From Nitrosopumilaceae archaeon (lineage in GTDB: Archaea > Thermoproteota > Nitrososphaeria > Nitrososphaerales > Nitrosopumilaceae), in contig OZ242274.1 in the NCBI GenBank assembly GCA_965207375.1, positions 2,016,001-2,080,000 of the forward strand: DNA of 64,000 nt, written 5' to 3'. Positions within the stretch are counted from its first letter, which is position 1, and the number at the start of each line of letters is the position of its first letter. A program made the translations under genes and the position numbers. The notes under the pieces are model-generated. The model had not been told where the DNA came from and did no database searches. It saw only the letters and a program-made list of their open reading frames with translations. This document shows, piece after piece, positions 42,507 through 53,268 of this stretch.

Positions 42507-45500
42507 CTAGTTGACAGTTATTGTGAGTTCGTTTGGTGGTGATAGTGCAGTTGGATTATCTACAGATTCCCAAACAAATGCAGTTGCAGTATATGTTCCT
42601 GCTTCTGATGGGGTCCATGATAATGCTGGACTAAACGACTGTGAAGGCGTCAATGTTCCTGAAACCCATGCAAGGGCTACAGTCACACTGCCCTCATTCT
42701 GAATCTGTACGATGTATGCAAATGGCTGATCTTTATCCTGACCGTTTGACAAGTCGGCTGTAATCTGCACCTGTTGATCCACTGTTAGAGTATCTAGCGT
42801 ATTGCTAAATGTATCAACTACTCTCAAGTTTGTAGCTGGTGCTCGTTCGAGTGGAGGTATGATTGAGCCAATCAGTGTTGTGGCAGTAATATCGATTTCA
42901 TCTGATGTATCGTGTGGATCAGGTAGTGTACGGTCGTTATATTCAGCAGTGACAGTGTCGCCTTCTGAAACTCTCAGTCTGTGACCGGAGGACGTATCAG
43001 ATACGGTAAAGAATGCCGTTCCTTCAAAGATTCCGGTTGCCTGATTTGTCTCAGTTACAGTCAAGTCAATACCGCCGACATCTGAATCAGACCAGACGTT
43101 AACCTCAAAGTTATCGACTGATTCTGGATTCAAATTCATATCTGGGTCTACTACCCTGACTACACCTGTACCGCTAGCTGCATAGCTTGCTTCAAGCCAT
43201 TGAACCTCACCGATATTCCATCTGACTAGTGCTGATCCTACTACCGTTTCATCCTCTGAAAATTCAAAGGATACGGAGAGACCATCATCGTCCTCAGTTG
43301 CTAGGAAACCATCAGTTGGGCCGCTGCCTTCAGTTTTAGGTGTAACATCGTTTATGCTGTCGCCGTCTACGTCATGTGCAAATCCAGTTAAGATTACCTC
43401 ACCAGTAAAGATTCCAGTGTCGGTGCCGGTTTCAACTAATTTGTAGTTGTCAATGTCAGCACCTCTTGTTGCAATCCTTATTGGGTCGTCATTCGTATTA
43501 CCTATTTCATCTACCAATTTATCATCGAAGTTGTGATCAGGTGCTACAATAGTAATGTAGACCTTATCAGTCCAAGTGTAAACCTTTTGGTCTAGCTCCA
43601 CTGTACTGCCAAAGTTTGATGTGAAAACTGTAAGATTAATATCTTCATCTTCATCACCAACGTGGTCAGAACCAGATGGGCCCCAATCGGTATACTCTAG
43701 TTCGATTTCTTCGCCTCGTTCGAGTTTATCGCCATCAAGTTCTTCAGGCATTTCGACTACAACCTGGAAGATTCCAGTGGAGTCGCCTGTTTCTCTAAAG
43801 GCGTTTGGTTCTGGATCAAATGCGTTTGGATCTGTTCCAAATTTACCCATACTCGTTGTTCCTGCATCTGAATCCCATTCCACTAGATCAAGTGGGTATG
43901 TTTCAGCTCCATCATTGTCAAGGTCAAGATCTGGCTCGATTAGAGTCAAGATCATGTCACTTCCAATAATGTAGACTGATTTATCAGATTGCAGTACGGC
44001 GTTTCTTAGGTCAAATGTAGCTGAATCGGTAACTGAGTTTGGTTCACCAGATGCGTCAGTTGGATCTGTGTATTGTACAGTAATAATGTCGCCCTGTAGA
44101 ACACATCCATCTTTGAACATGTTGTTTTGAGGGGTTGGATATTCTGGACAACCATCTTTAGGTCCATCTTTGTAGCTGATTGGAATATCTGCTTCAAAGA
44201 TTCCAGCGTCAGGTGCAATTTCTAGGATTGGTCCATACTCATTTGCAGTAGCATTTGCAGTTGCTGCGCCTGCTGTTGCAACGACTTTATCATTGTTTTG
44301 TCCTCTTGACACGGTCACCTTTATAGGTCCTGTTGTACCACTTGCAATTTTATCTTCACCAGAGGCTGATATGTCATAGTCAGAATCAGAGACTCTGACG
44401 TGGATTATTGTCTTGCCTTCTGATAGATACTTTGCATTAGGATTAGTTAGTTCTGCTTCTTTGAATGCCTCACCATCTTCATTTATTGATGGATGAAGTG
44501 GGAATACATTACCTGCGAATGGAACTGGATAAACTGTTCTGTCAAAGGTTACAGAGCCTGTACTGGCTCGTATGCCTGCAGAATCGCCTACCTCAATTTC
44601 TTCACCTGAAGCATCTCTAAAGTCCTGATAGTTTACCTCAATGTCAAGTCCTGTAGGTGATTTTGGATCTGTGGGTTTACCATCGATCTCGACACATTGC
44701 ATTTCAGGAATCTGGAACGTTGCCATGAATACTCCACTGGCTTTTTCTGTTTCTCTCAGAGTGCCAACGTTGCCTGCAAGTCCTTTATACTTAGGATCAG
44801 CGCATGCGACCCACTTTTTGTCATCAAATGTTACATCAAGTAACAATGAGCCATCAATGAGTGTGCCGTTGCCAATATCTCTTCCAAAAACATCGCCTAC
44901 AGTGGTGTAAATATCGATTACATCACTGTCAGTGTTCAAGTCAGCATCAGTCAATTTGATAGTAACTGTGTCAGCTACTTTGTAGTTATCACCATCAAAT
45001 TCTACGACGGCCGAGTGTGTTGGTGCTGTCTGTTGATCAGATGTTTGAGTTTGGACACCTTGATCGTCATGATCATAGTAAATCATTTCTACTGCATCTT
45101 CATCCGTCAAATCCTCATGAACTATAATGTCTAGTTCATCAGAAATTGTGGCAAGACCAGTAAAGGTGTCTTCATCAAATCGGTTGATCTGGTTTAGCAT
45201 TACATACTCTACTGTACCTTCGTATACGCCTGTATCGGTGTTTGTTTCTTCTGGTTCGAATCTGTATATGGCATCATTGTATCTGCCATTTTCATCTTGG
45301 CCGAATTTGAACAGATCCAATACAATTGGGTATGTATCAGCTTCTATAGCTTTTTGGAAGTTTAGCTGTAGTGATACTTTACCGCTTGCATTTAGGAATT
45401 GTTCAAGTGGAGTTAGATCTGATTGTGTTGTTTGTTGTACCTGAACTGTTTGTCCAAAGATTTCACCAAATGAGTTGATTGCACAGTCAATACATGATAC

Positions 45501-48500
45501 TGTCTGTGGGTTGCTCAATATGGTTGAACTGGAAGGTGATACTCCTGGAATTGGACAGTTAGTAGCGTCAGTAGTTACTTTTTCTGGTGCTTGGAAAGTG
45601 ATTCCATGGGTACTGCCACTAGTGGCATCAACTTCAAAGACATCATATACCATGCATGCTAGGTCACCATCGGCGTTTAGCTTTGTATTGTATATCAAAG
45701 CGTCATCGCTGTATTCCTCTGCAATGAAAGGAATCATGGTTGCTAATTGTGCAGCTGTGTGATCCTTTCCAAGAGCATCTATTGCTCTGGCTAGAATCTG
45801 ACCTGCATCGTATGCAGAGTATGCATGTCTGTCAAAGATATTACCATCACTGTCAACAGTTACTGTTGCGGATGCTTGTAGATCGTTCTTCAATGCAGTG
45901 TGGTTTGCATTAATATCATTTAGTGCAAACTTTATCGTCTTTAGATTTGTCTCGATTAACAATTGTTGTTGTGGGTCACCTTGTAGTATATTCTCGAATG
46001 TGTCTGCTGTTCCATCTGGAATGTCAGGAATAATTAATTGCGTTGTATTGATGCCAGTGTAGACAAAGTGTCCTGTCTGGTTTTGTTCAGATAGTTGTCG
46101 AGTTAGTACGTCAAGACTATGATTGGTAAACTCTAGTAAGATAATTGCTGTTTGTGCATCAAGATGAGCACCACTTGGCAATAAACCAGTACTAGGATGT
46201 TTTAGAGTAGCATTGATAGTGTCTTGTGCTGAACTAAAGTCTGTATCTGCGACTGAACCGTCATAAGAGATAGTTCTATGATTAGCACCATATTCGTCCT
46301 CTAATGCATCAGCGTATGAATTACTCCAAGCATCATCACGTTGTATGGATATGATTTGATCAAACTCGCTTCCTGGAATTACTTCTTCATTCAGTATTTT
46401 ATTTACCTGACGTTGTGTATCAACAGTTAGTCTGAAAATACCGTCATTTGGATTGGCAAATTCTGCTGATGTTGAAGCATAGCTTAACATGACAATGTCT
46501 CCATCGTCTGTACCGATCTTGCCGGTGTCGTCAAGCGTCTTCAACTGTTCTGAAGTGTAAGTACCTACTGCTCCTTTAACATCTGTATTTAGTACAGACT
46601 GTATATCCTGTGTAGGAGTTGCGGTTAGGGGTAGTTTTGTCGGATTAATGGTTTGAGATGTTTCTTTGTAGGCTGGATCGTCATAATCGTCTACAGCTTT
46701 GTCAAATGCTGCTCCAAAGTGTTCCATTTCGTAAGCACTGTCACGATCGTGTAACAATGGAATTGTGACAGTTGTGTCAAAGTCTGAACCTCTAGTAGGT
46801 CGTACATCTGCTGCTGCATTTACTGTTATAGTAACTTGTGCAGTTGATCTTTCACCGCCATCGTCCATTGCAGTAAAGGTAAAGACTTTATCACCTATAT
46901 CGGCTGTAACAGGAGTCCATGTAAAGACGCCTGTTGTAGGATTAACTGTAGGATTATTTGTTACCTGTGCAGTTGCAGTGAGTCTGATTGTGTTTCGAGT
47001 GTCAGCTGGATTAGCGTCAGTTACATCAACAGTGAATGTCACTGCTTGATCTACCGTTGCTTGTGTCACAGCATTGCTTGTATCAATTACTGGAGCAACG
47101 TTTGGTACGTTAGGATCTGGCGTTTGACCATTTGTTGCTGCACTTACTGTTATAGTAACTTGTGCAGTTGATCTTTCACCGCCATCGTCCATTGCAGTAA
47201 AGGTAAAGACTTTATCACCTATATCGGCTGTAACAGGAGTCCATGTAAAGACGCCTGTTGTAGGATTAACTGTAGGATTATTTGTTACCTGTGCAGTTGC
47301 AGTGAGTCTGATTGTGTTTCGAGTGTCAGCTGGATTAGCGTCAGTTACATCAACAGTGAATGTCACTGCTTGATCTACCGTTGCTTGTGTCACAGCGTTG
47401 CTTGTATCAATTACTGGAGCAACGTTTGGTACGTTAGGATCGACTGGTGCTGCATCTACTGTTATAACAATAGATACTGGATCAGATCGTGTATTTTCAT
47501 CGTCAATTGCTACAAAGGTGAAGGTATTACGTCCTATATCAGCTGCAACTGGAGTCCATGTAAAGTTACCTGCTGCGGTTAATGTAGCAGTAGCTGTTTG
47601 TCCTTGTGGTTGAGTCATTTCGAAAGTCAAACTTTCAGGACTGTCGCCTGGGTTATCATCTGTTCCTTCAACCATGAAGGTCAATCGTTCGCCTACTGTT
47701 GCTGTTGTTGTTACGCTAGTTGCTGTAAATGATGGAGCTACGTTAACAATTGGTACTGGACGTACGTCTATGGTGACAACTTCTGTATCGGTGCCTCCGT
47801 TACCGTCATCTACTGTAAACTGTATGTTTGCAGTACCTACGGATGTTGGAGTAAATACAAAGACATTATCATTGTTTGCTGATACTGTTTCTGTATTGTT
47901 TGCGCTGTAAGTAAGACTGTCATTGTTGTCGTCAGTTGCTACAACAGTTAGTGTCAAAGGTTGATTTTCTACTACTTCTCTTGGACCATTTACTGATGAT
48001 ATGACTGGGACTGCGTTAGATGGAACAACTGGAGTTGTTGTTATAGGACAGTTAGTAGCGTCAGTGGTTGCTTGTTTTGGAGCTGAAAGTTCAAATCCTG
48101 TTTTGACGTCATCAATTTCAAATATGTCATATACCATACATTCAAGATCACCAGTGGTGGAATCAAGAACGGTTCTGTATATCAAAGCATCAGAGCTGTA
48201 AGCTTTTGCTGCTGTTGGTATAGCTGCGGCTAAATCAGCAGATGTATAATCCGTTCCAAGACCGTTTATGGCTCGTGTTAGGATTTGACCTGCGTCGTAT
48301 GCGGCATATGCATGTCTGTCAAAGATGTTACCATCACTGTCAAAGTTGACCTCTGTCAATATGGCCTGGTCTAGAACATCATTCAATCTTTCTTGATCTG
48401 CATTGTTACCACTTAGTGCAAACTTTATCGTCTGCATATCTGTGTCTTGTAGCAATGCAAGAGCAGCATCGGTTAGAGAGCCAAAGGCTGCACTTGGAAC

Positions 48501-50798
48501 ATCAGGAATGATGAATTTTGTGGTTTCAATTCCTGCATAAGCATTAGAATTACCGTCCTTTCTAGCAAGTTCTTCTATCAGTGCATCAAGTCTATCATGA
48601 TTATATTCAAGAATCACGATTGCTGTTGTTACATTACCTGACAAACCAGTTAATACGCTGCTAAACTCTACTGTTATGTCTTTTGCGTCAGTATTGTATG
48701 CAATAGTTCTATGATTGTCACCGTATGTTGCCTCTAATGCTGCAACATAGTCCTTACTCCATGCATCGTTTAGATGTATGGAGATGACATTATCAAAGTC
48801 AGCAATTGGAATCAATTCAGTTATTATACTTTCCACCTGACGAGATGTATCTGTAGTCAATCTAAAGATACCATCGCCTGGTTCTGCAAATGATTGTGCT
48901 GCTGAAGAGTAACTTAACAAGACAATTTGTCCATCATCTGTACCGATCTTGCCGGTGTTGTTAAGAATCCTCAACTGTTCAGAGGTATAAGTACCGACTG
49001 CTCCTTTAGCGCCTGCATCTAGTACAGCCTGTATAGGATTAATTCCTAAATCTCGCTTTAGTGAGCTAAATGTTTTGGAATCGACCTCATAGTCTGAAAC
49101 TGCTTTATCAAATGCTGTTCCAAAGTGTTGTGATTCATAAGCACTACCAGAGTTGTATAGTAATGGAATTGCTATTGTCTCTTTGTTATCACAACTTTGT
49201 CTATCGTGTTCTAACAATATTGAATCCTGTCCAGATGCGTCACTTGCGATACAGAATGTATCGCCGTTGACAACAAGGGATATGTCTGCTTTTTCATTTA
49301 ATGAACGCAGATCATAGTTTATCAAGTTAAAGACCTCAGTATTGTCGCCCACAAATGCTCCTAACTCATCAGCTGTAATATCAAGTGGAATTTCCAACGA
49401 TAATTCGTCTCCATCAGTGGTAAGGATTCCCCTATCACTGAAATCTTGACTCGTCAAGTTGTAATTGGGTTGATCACTATTGTCATAATTACCCAATGTG
49501 ATTGGTTCGCCTATCTGTATTGTAGGAATTGCTGCGTCTGGATTCTTGTGTACTTCATAATCGTTGTCTGACTTTGTGTTTTTGTTAAAGTCAGCGTCTT
49601 CGATCATGACAGTTATAGATTCACCTGAGTTCCAAACCCCTTCAATTGATGTTGGAAGGAATGTTACAGAACCGCCGGTATAATCGACAGCATAGTTTGT
49701 TGTGTCATCGTTATAATCGACTATAAAGTCGAGTCCACGAATATCTGCGTTGTCTGTTGTCTTCAAGTTTGAGTTGTCAGCTGTATTGGTATTATCAAAC
49801 ATTCCAGAGTTTGGTTCGCTCTCTTGGAAAGTTATGATGTTTTTGTCTGTAAAGTGTGCAAGATTACTATCTTGCTCATCGTTATCCACAAACACCAATA
49901 ATGATTCATCAGTGTTTGGCATTGGATCGATTATCAAAAATCCGTTATCACCAAAGTTGGCTTTACCAAGATCTTCTTTAATATCCTTTACCAGAAATTT
50001 TGTGTTTAGGTCTCCAGATGTCTCAAAGGCATAATAGTATGTCTCTGTGTTGTCTGCATCATCTGCCGTTACAAATGTCCAAGTATCTTCGTCAGTAGGA
50101 TCTATGTTTAGTTGATTGTCGTTGATTGTAATGTGTACATCTGCACCGTGCGGATATGTCTGTCTATCAAGCTCATAGCTTGGAAAGTCATCCATATCCT
50201 CGGTGTATACTACATTAATTGTCTGAGCGGGTGATGTTCCATAGACAACTTTGAGTGTTGAGTCATCTGCAAAGTCGTTAAATGTCTGGATGAACGGCCA
50301 CGTGTTTTTTGGCAGGTTAATTTGACCAAGAGTAATTGAATCTCTGGCGGCGGTGGGTTCTTTGTGGTTTCGAACCAACTCATCGACACCACAGAAGAGT
50401 GTGTCTGCATCAGAAAAGTCATCAAGATCATCAGTACATGTTGTACCTATTCCCAATGCTTTTGTAAATACATCAAGCTCATCTGTAGATGCGACATACG
50501 CGTACCATTTACCGTCATTAGCCTGTGTCATTCTCAAATCGTTGCCATCAAAGGTAACGTCTGGTTCTGCTTCGACTTCATCAGTTTCACCATAATTGGA
50601 ATCGTTGACTATAATCTCTACTATCATTGGGCCACCAAAGGTTGTGGTTGAAACGTATAGGTTTGCATTGGTAGAACTTTGTGCCATAGCATCTGGTGTT
50701 ACACCAGGTATAGCGAAAGTCATACCACCAGCAACCATGATTGCCATTAAACTAAGACTAGTTAGTTTTTTTTGTATGTTTTTATTATGTCGTAACAT
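42507..50798 (-). CDS. S-layer protein (Nitrosopumilus type) with inserted PBP-like and Ig/cadherin-like domains
   Basis: Signal KLTSLSLMAIMVAGGMTFAIPG; repeated ETG..TGIF / DPD.N units; C-terminal PLERAP...QQVQITADL...FAYIVQIQ...AFVWESVDNPTALSPP. Confidence 0.9.
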   Translation of the reverse strand: MLRHNKNIQKKLTSLSLMAIMVAGGMTFAIPGVTPDAMAQSSTNANLYVSTTTFGGPMIVEIIVNDSNYGETDEVEAEPDVTFDGNDLRMTQANDGKWYAYVASTDELDVFTKALGIGTTCTDDLDDFSDADTLFCGVDELVRNHKEPTAARDSITLGQINLPKNTWPFIQTFNDFADDSTLKVVYGTSPAQTINVVYTEDMDDFPSYELDRQTYPHGADVHITINDNQLNIDPTDEDTWTFVTADDADNTETYYYAFETSGDLNTKFLVKDIKEDLGKANFGDNGFLIIDPMPNTDESLLVFVDNDEQDSNLAHFTDKNIITFQESEPNSGMFDNTNTADNSNLKTTDNADIRGLDFIVDYNDDTTNYAVDYTGGSVTFLPTSIEGVWNSGESITVMIEDADFNKNTKSDNDYEVHKNPDAAIPTIQIGEPITLGNYDNSDQPNYNLTSQDFSDRGILTTDGDELSLEIPLDITADELGAFVGDNTEVFNLINYDLRSLNEKADISLVVNGDTFCIASDASGQDSILLEHDRQSCDNKETIAIPLLYNSGSAYESQHFGTAFDKAVSDYEVDSKTFSSLKRDLGINPIQAVLDAGAKGAVGTYTSEQLRILNNTGKIGTDDGQIVLLSYSSAAQSFAEPGDGIFRLTTDTSRQVESIITELIPIADFDNVISIHLNDAWSKDYVAALEATYGDNHRTIAYNTDAKDITVEFSSVLTGLSGNVTTAIVILEYNHDRLDALIEELARKDGNSNAYAGIETTKFIIPDVPSAAFGSLTDAALALLQDTDMQTIKFALSGNNADQERLNDVLDQAILTEVNFDSDGNIFDRHAYAAYDAGQILTRAINGLGTDYTSADLAAAIPTAAKAYSSDALIYRTVLDSTTGDLECMVYDIFEIDDVKTGFELSAPKQATTDATNCPITTTPVVPSNAVPVISSVNGPREVVENQPLTLTVVATDDNNDSLTYSANNTETVSANNDNVFVFTPTSVGTANIQFTVDDGNGGTDTEVVTIDVRPVPIVNVAPSFTATSVTTTATVGERLTFMVEGTDDNPGDSPESLTFEMTQPQGQTATATLTAAGNFTWTPVAADIGRNTFTFVAIDDENTRSDPVSIVITVDAAPVDPNVPNVAPVIDTSNAVTQATVDQAVTFTVDVTDANPADTRNTIRLTATAQVTNNPTVNPTTGVFTWTPVTADIGDKVFTFTAMDDGGERSTAQVTITVSAATNGQTPDPNVPNVAPVIDTSNAVTQATVDQAVTFTVDVTDANPADTRNTIRLTATAQVTNNPTVNPTTGVFTWTPVTADIGDKVFTFTAMDDGGERSTAQVTITVNAAADVRPTRGSDFDTTVTIPLLHDRDSAYEMEHFGAAFDKAVDDYDDPAYKETSQTINPTKLPLTATPTQDIQSVLNTDVKGAVGTYTSEQLKTLDDTGKIGTDDGDIVMLSYASTSAEFANPNDGIFRLTVDTQRQVNKILNEEVIPGSEFDQIISIQRDDAWSNSYADALEDEYGANHRTISYDGSVADTDFSSAQDTINATLKHPSTGLLPSGAHLDAQTAIILLEFTNHSLDVLTRQLSEQNQTGHFVYTGINTTQLIIPDIPDGTADTFENILQGDPQQQLLIETNLKTIKFALNDINANHTALKNDLQASATVTVDSDGNIFDRHAYSAYDAGQILARAIDALGKDHTAAQLATMIPFIAEEYSDDALIYNTKLNADGDLACMVYDVFEVDATSGSTHGITFQAPEKVTTDATNCPIPGVSPSSSTILSNPQTVSCIDCAINSFGEIFGQTVQVQQTTQSDLTPLEQFLNASGKVSLQLNFQKAIEADTYPIVLDLFKFGQDENGRYNDAIYRFEPEETNTDTGVYEGTVEYVMLNQINRFDEDTFTGLATISDELDIIVHEDLTDEDAVEMIYYDHDDQGVQTQTSDQQTAPTHSAVVEFDGDNYKVADTVTIKLTDADLNTDSDVIDIYTTVGDVFGRDIGNGTLIDGSLLLDVTFDDKKWVACADPKYKGLAGNVGTLRETEKASGVFMATFQIPEMQCVEIDGKPTDPKSPTGLDIEVNYQDFRDASGEEIEVGDSAGIRASTGSVTFDRTVYPVPFAGNVFPLHPSINEDGEAFKEAELTNPNAKYLSEGKTIIHVRVSDSDYDISASGEDKIASGTTGPIKVTVSRGQNNDKVVATAGAATANATANEYGPILEIAPDAGIFEADIPISYKDGPKDGCPEYPTPQNNMFKDGCVLQGDIITVQYTDPTDASGEPNSVTDSATFDLRNAVLQSDKSVYIIGSDMILTLIEPDLDLDNDGAETYPLDLVEWDSDAGTTSMGKFGTDPNAFDPEPNAFRETGDSTGIFQVVVEMPEELDGDKLERGEEIELEYTDWGPSGSDHVGDEDEDINLTVFTSNFGSTVELDQKVYTWTDKVYITIVAPDHNFDDKLVDEIGNTNDDPIRIATRGADIDNYKLVETGTDTGIFTGEVILTGFAHDVDGDSINDVTPKTEGSGPTDGFLATEDDDGLSVSFEFSEDETVVGSALVRWNIGEVQWLEASYAASGTGVVRVVDPDMNLNPESVDNFEVNVWSDSDVGGIDLTVTETNQATGIFEGTAFFTVSDTSSGHRLRVSEGDTVTAEYNDRTLPDPHDTSDEIDITATTLIGSIIPPLERAPATNLRVVDTFSNTLDTLTVDQQVQITADLSNGQDKDQPFAYIVQIQNEGSVTVALAWVSGTLTPSQSFSPALSWTPSEAGTYTATAFVWESVDNPTALSPPNELTITVN
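46820..47441 (-). repeat. Near-identical tandem duplication of an Ig/cadherin-like domain (324-bp period)
   Basis: 46820-47117 vs 47144-47441; one synonymous difference noticed. Confidence 0.93.
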
Positions 50799-51276
50799 GT
50801 TATTGGTTTTTTTCCATAAACTACAGAATTACATCTAGTTTTGACTTGATTCACGCACGATAAAATTTGATAGCGCCTGGCATTCGTAAAGGCCTATGAG
50901 TAGAAATGCCAAAATCAGAATTTTCATGCCTGATTCAGGCACATCAAAAGATGGATCATTCGTCCATTTGTCTTATATAGTTAGTTTATGGAAAGAAACT
51001 AATAATTTTTAACAAGTTTTACAGCTACAAACCAATCATTTTTGATTCAATTACATACCCAGTCAGAACAGTACAAAAAAATCAACACTCCAGAGACCAT
51101 GACGCAGGAATCATACAGTCAATTACAAAAATAGTCATGTTTTGACTGTCCTAAATAAATACAAAAGATCAAAATAAGTGTCATATATGACATGTACTTG
51201 TCCACATTACACCTAATTTTTCAATTATCATATCACACCATTTGAGTACAAATCAACTCGATTACGTTAACAAGTG

Positions 51277-52305
51277 TTATTTTGTAATTATAATTTTCAT
51301 GGCATTTTTGCCGGTTCTTGCATGATCAAATGCCTTTTGTGATTCAGAGATGCTATACGTATGCGTGATTAGTTGTTTGACGTCAATTTGTGCAGATGAA
51401 ATCAAATCCAAGGCCTCTTTTGTATCTGAATCAGATGCAGCATAACTTGTAAACAGTGAAACCTCTTTGGCATAAATTTTACTTGCATCCATTTGCATAA
51501 TTGCACCCTTTGAAGGAACCCCAAACATCATCACAGAGCCTCCGTTACGTACTAGATCAATTGCGTCTTCAAATGCATTCAAACTGCTTGTTGCAACTAT
51601 GGCAACATCGACACCGCGATTATCAGTGTGCTCTAAAATCTTTTTTTTTCTATCAGGATCAGCAGAATGTATAGAATCAGTAACTCCAAATTTTTTGGCA
51701 AAATCAAGTCGAAAGTCATTTACATCCAAACAAAATATCTTTCCAAATTGCTTGTATTGAGCAAGCATCGTATGCATCATTCCGGTAGGACCCACGCCCA
51801 AGATAGCAACAGAATCATTTTGGATATAAGAGAGTTTTTTCCATGCACGTATACAACAAGCTAAAGGTTCAATCATTGCAGCCTCCTCAAAGCTCACATG
51901 TGAGGGCAGCTTCAAAATACCACCATGAGAAACATTCCATGCAGGAACCACATATTTTTGAGACAATCCACAAGGAGAAAGATTTGTTTGAGAATACTTT
52001 GGACATACTGTTTCATTTCCGTGCATGCATAAATGACAAGAGTAACACGGAACGTGATGGTGTGTAAAAACCCTGTCTCCGGAATTAAAATCAGAAACAT
52101 CAGAGCCTACAGATACTATAACACCTGCAGGTTCATGTCCTAAGCGCATAGACGTTTTGCCATACTTTCCAAATACTTTTTCTAGATCAGAGCCACAAAT
52201 ACCACAGGCCTCCATTTGCACCAGAACATCTCCAGAATTTATCTGCGGTTCGTCAATATTATCAACAGTAACAACTGATGGTGATTTGACAGATGTGGTT
52301 TTCAT
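51277..52305 (-). CDS. Zn-dependent alcohol dehydrogenase (MDR family)
   Basis: CGICGSD, GHE, C..C..C, EPLAC, G.GP.G. Confidence 0.93.
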   Translation of the reverse strand: MKTTSVKSPSVVTVDNIDEPQINSGDVLVQMEACGICGSDLEKVFGKYGKTSMRLGHEPAGVIVSVGSDVSDFNSGDRVFTHHHVPCYSCHLCMHGNETVCPKYSQTNLSPCGLSQKYVVPAWNVSHGGILKLPSHVSFEEAAMIEPLACCIRAWKKLSYIQNDSVAILGVGPTGMMHTMLAQYKQFGKIFCLDVNDFRLDFAKKFGVTDSIHSADPDRKKKILEHTDNRGVDVAIVATSSLNAFEDAIDLVRNGGSVMMFGVPSKGAIMQMDASKIYAKEVSLFTSYAASDSDTKEALDLISSAQIDVKQLITHTYSISESQKAFDHARTGKNAMKIIITK

Positions 52306-52338
52306 ATACACACAGATATCAAAATAGCTATAAGTAGA

Positions 52339-52647
52339 TTAGACACCCAAAATCTTTTTGAGCATGACTCTATAATCTACCTCTGTTTTTTCACTACCTG
52401 CTGCAGGCAGTGCAAATACAAGTGTAGATTTTTCAGCCCTCAAGGCGGTCAGCTCGTCTGTGATCGGCCCTGCAATATCATCACTAACTAAAACTAGTCC
52501 AACATCTGCATCATCGGTTAACTCTCGTATTTTAGCAAGTGCCTGATCTGAGCTAGTCGATATCACGCCTGCTACACCTGCAAGCTGAAAACTAGTGACA
52601 AATGATTTGCTGCCCACGGTGTATATCTTCACAGCTGTACTTTTCAA
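52339..52647 (-). CDS. atpF: A/V-type ATP synthase subunit F
   Basis: VG...FVT.FQLAGV.G, DVGLVLVS, MLKKILGV. Confidence 0.85.
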   Translation of the reverse strand: MKSTAVKIYTVGSKSFVTSFQLAGVAGVISTSSDQALAKIRELTDDADVGLVLVSDDIAGPITDELTALRAEKSTLVFALPAAGSEKTEVDYRVMLKKILGV

Positions 52648-52715
52648 AGTTGTAATTTAACCCTTTTCAGAAATGTTCTAGAAACGTTGATTTAGAATCA
52701 AATCAGACAAGAGTC

Positions 52716-53012
52716 ATGTCAGATATAGACACAAGCAAAACGGCATATCTTTTTACTCATGGACGAAGGGATCTTAGAGAAAAAGCAATCTCTGCATTAG
52801 AGGCCAAAGGATTTTCCAAAGACAAAATTGTCGATGCAGTACCAACTAAGGTGGGTCAAATAGGAGACTATATGGCAATGTTGTGGCAGCCTCCAAATCC
52901 TGATCACATAAAAATTCAGGTCATCACAAAGGTTGACAAAGTTGAGCCCGAAGGCATGACAGGTTTGTGGAAGGGAGTTTCCAAAGACGACCTATTTACA
53001 GTTCAGCTTTAA
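52716..53012 (+). CDS. Hypothetical protein
   Basis: Clean ORF, convergent with the next gene. Confidence 0.75.
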   Translation: MSDIDTSKTAYLFTHGRRDLREKAISALEAKGFSKDKIVDAVPTKVGQIGDYMAMLWQPPNPDHIKIQVITKVDKVEPEGMTGLWKGVSKDDLFTVQL

Positions 53013-53257
53013 CTGAACCCCATTCCAAATTTTTTACCATCAGATAGCGGATCTAGGTCTGCATCCTGTAACTTTAGATACATCAAAGATTCAAAAATCA
53101 ACTGGGCAGCAGAATCATCATTTAATCCAAATTCTGATTTGGCATGATTGTGATATTTGCAAAGTTTTGCAGAATCGGTCTCATCAGGAGACAGATTATC
53201 AGATTTCATCAAAGATGCAATGATGTCAATTTGCTTGTTGTATTTGGAATTATTCAA
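53009..53257 (-). CDS. Hypothetical protein
   Basis: Clean ORF 11 bp after the upstream gene. Confidence 0.7.
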   Translation of the reverse strand: MNNSKYNKQIDIIASLMKSDNLSPDETDSAKLCKYHNHAKSEFGLNDDSAAQLIFESLMYLKLQDADLDPLSDGKKFGMGFS

Positions 53258-53268
53258 GTAAATTACCT

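Noticed and set aside
52339-52647. ATP synthase subunit F separated from the atp operon as a novelty
   Set aside because: Split ATP synthase gene clusters are common in this archaeal group.
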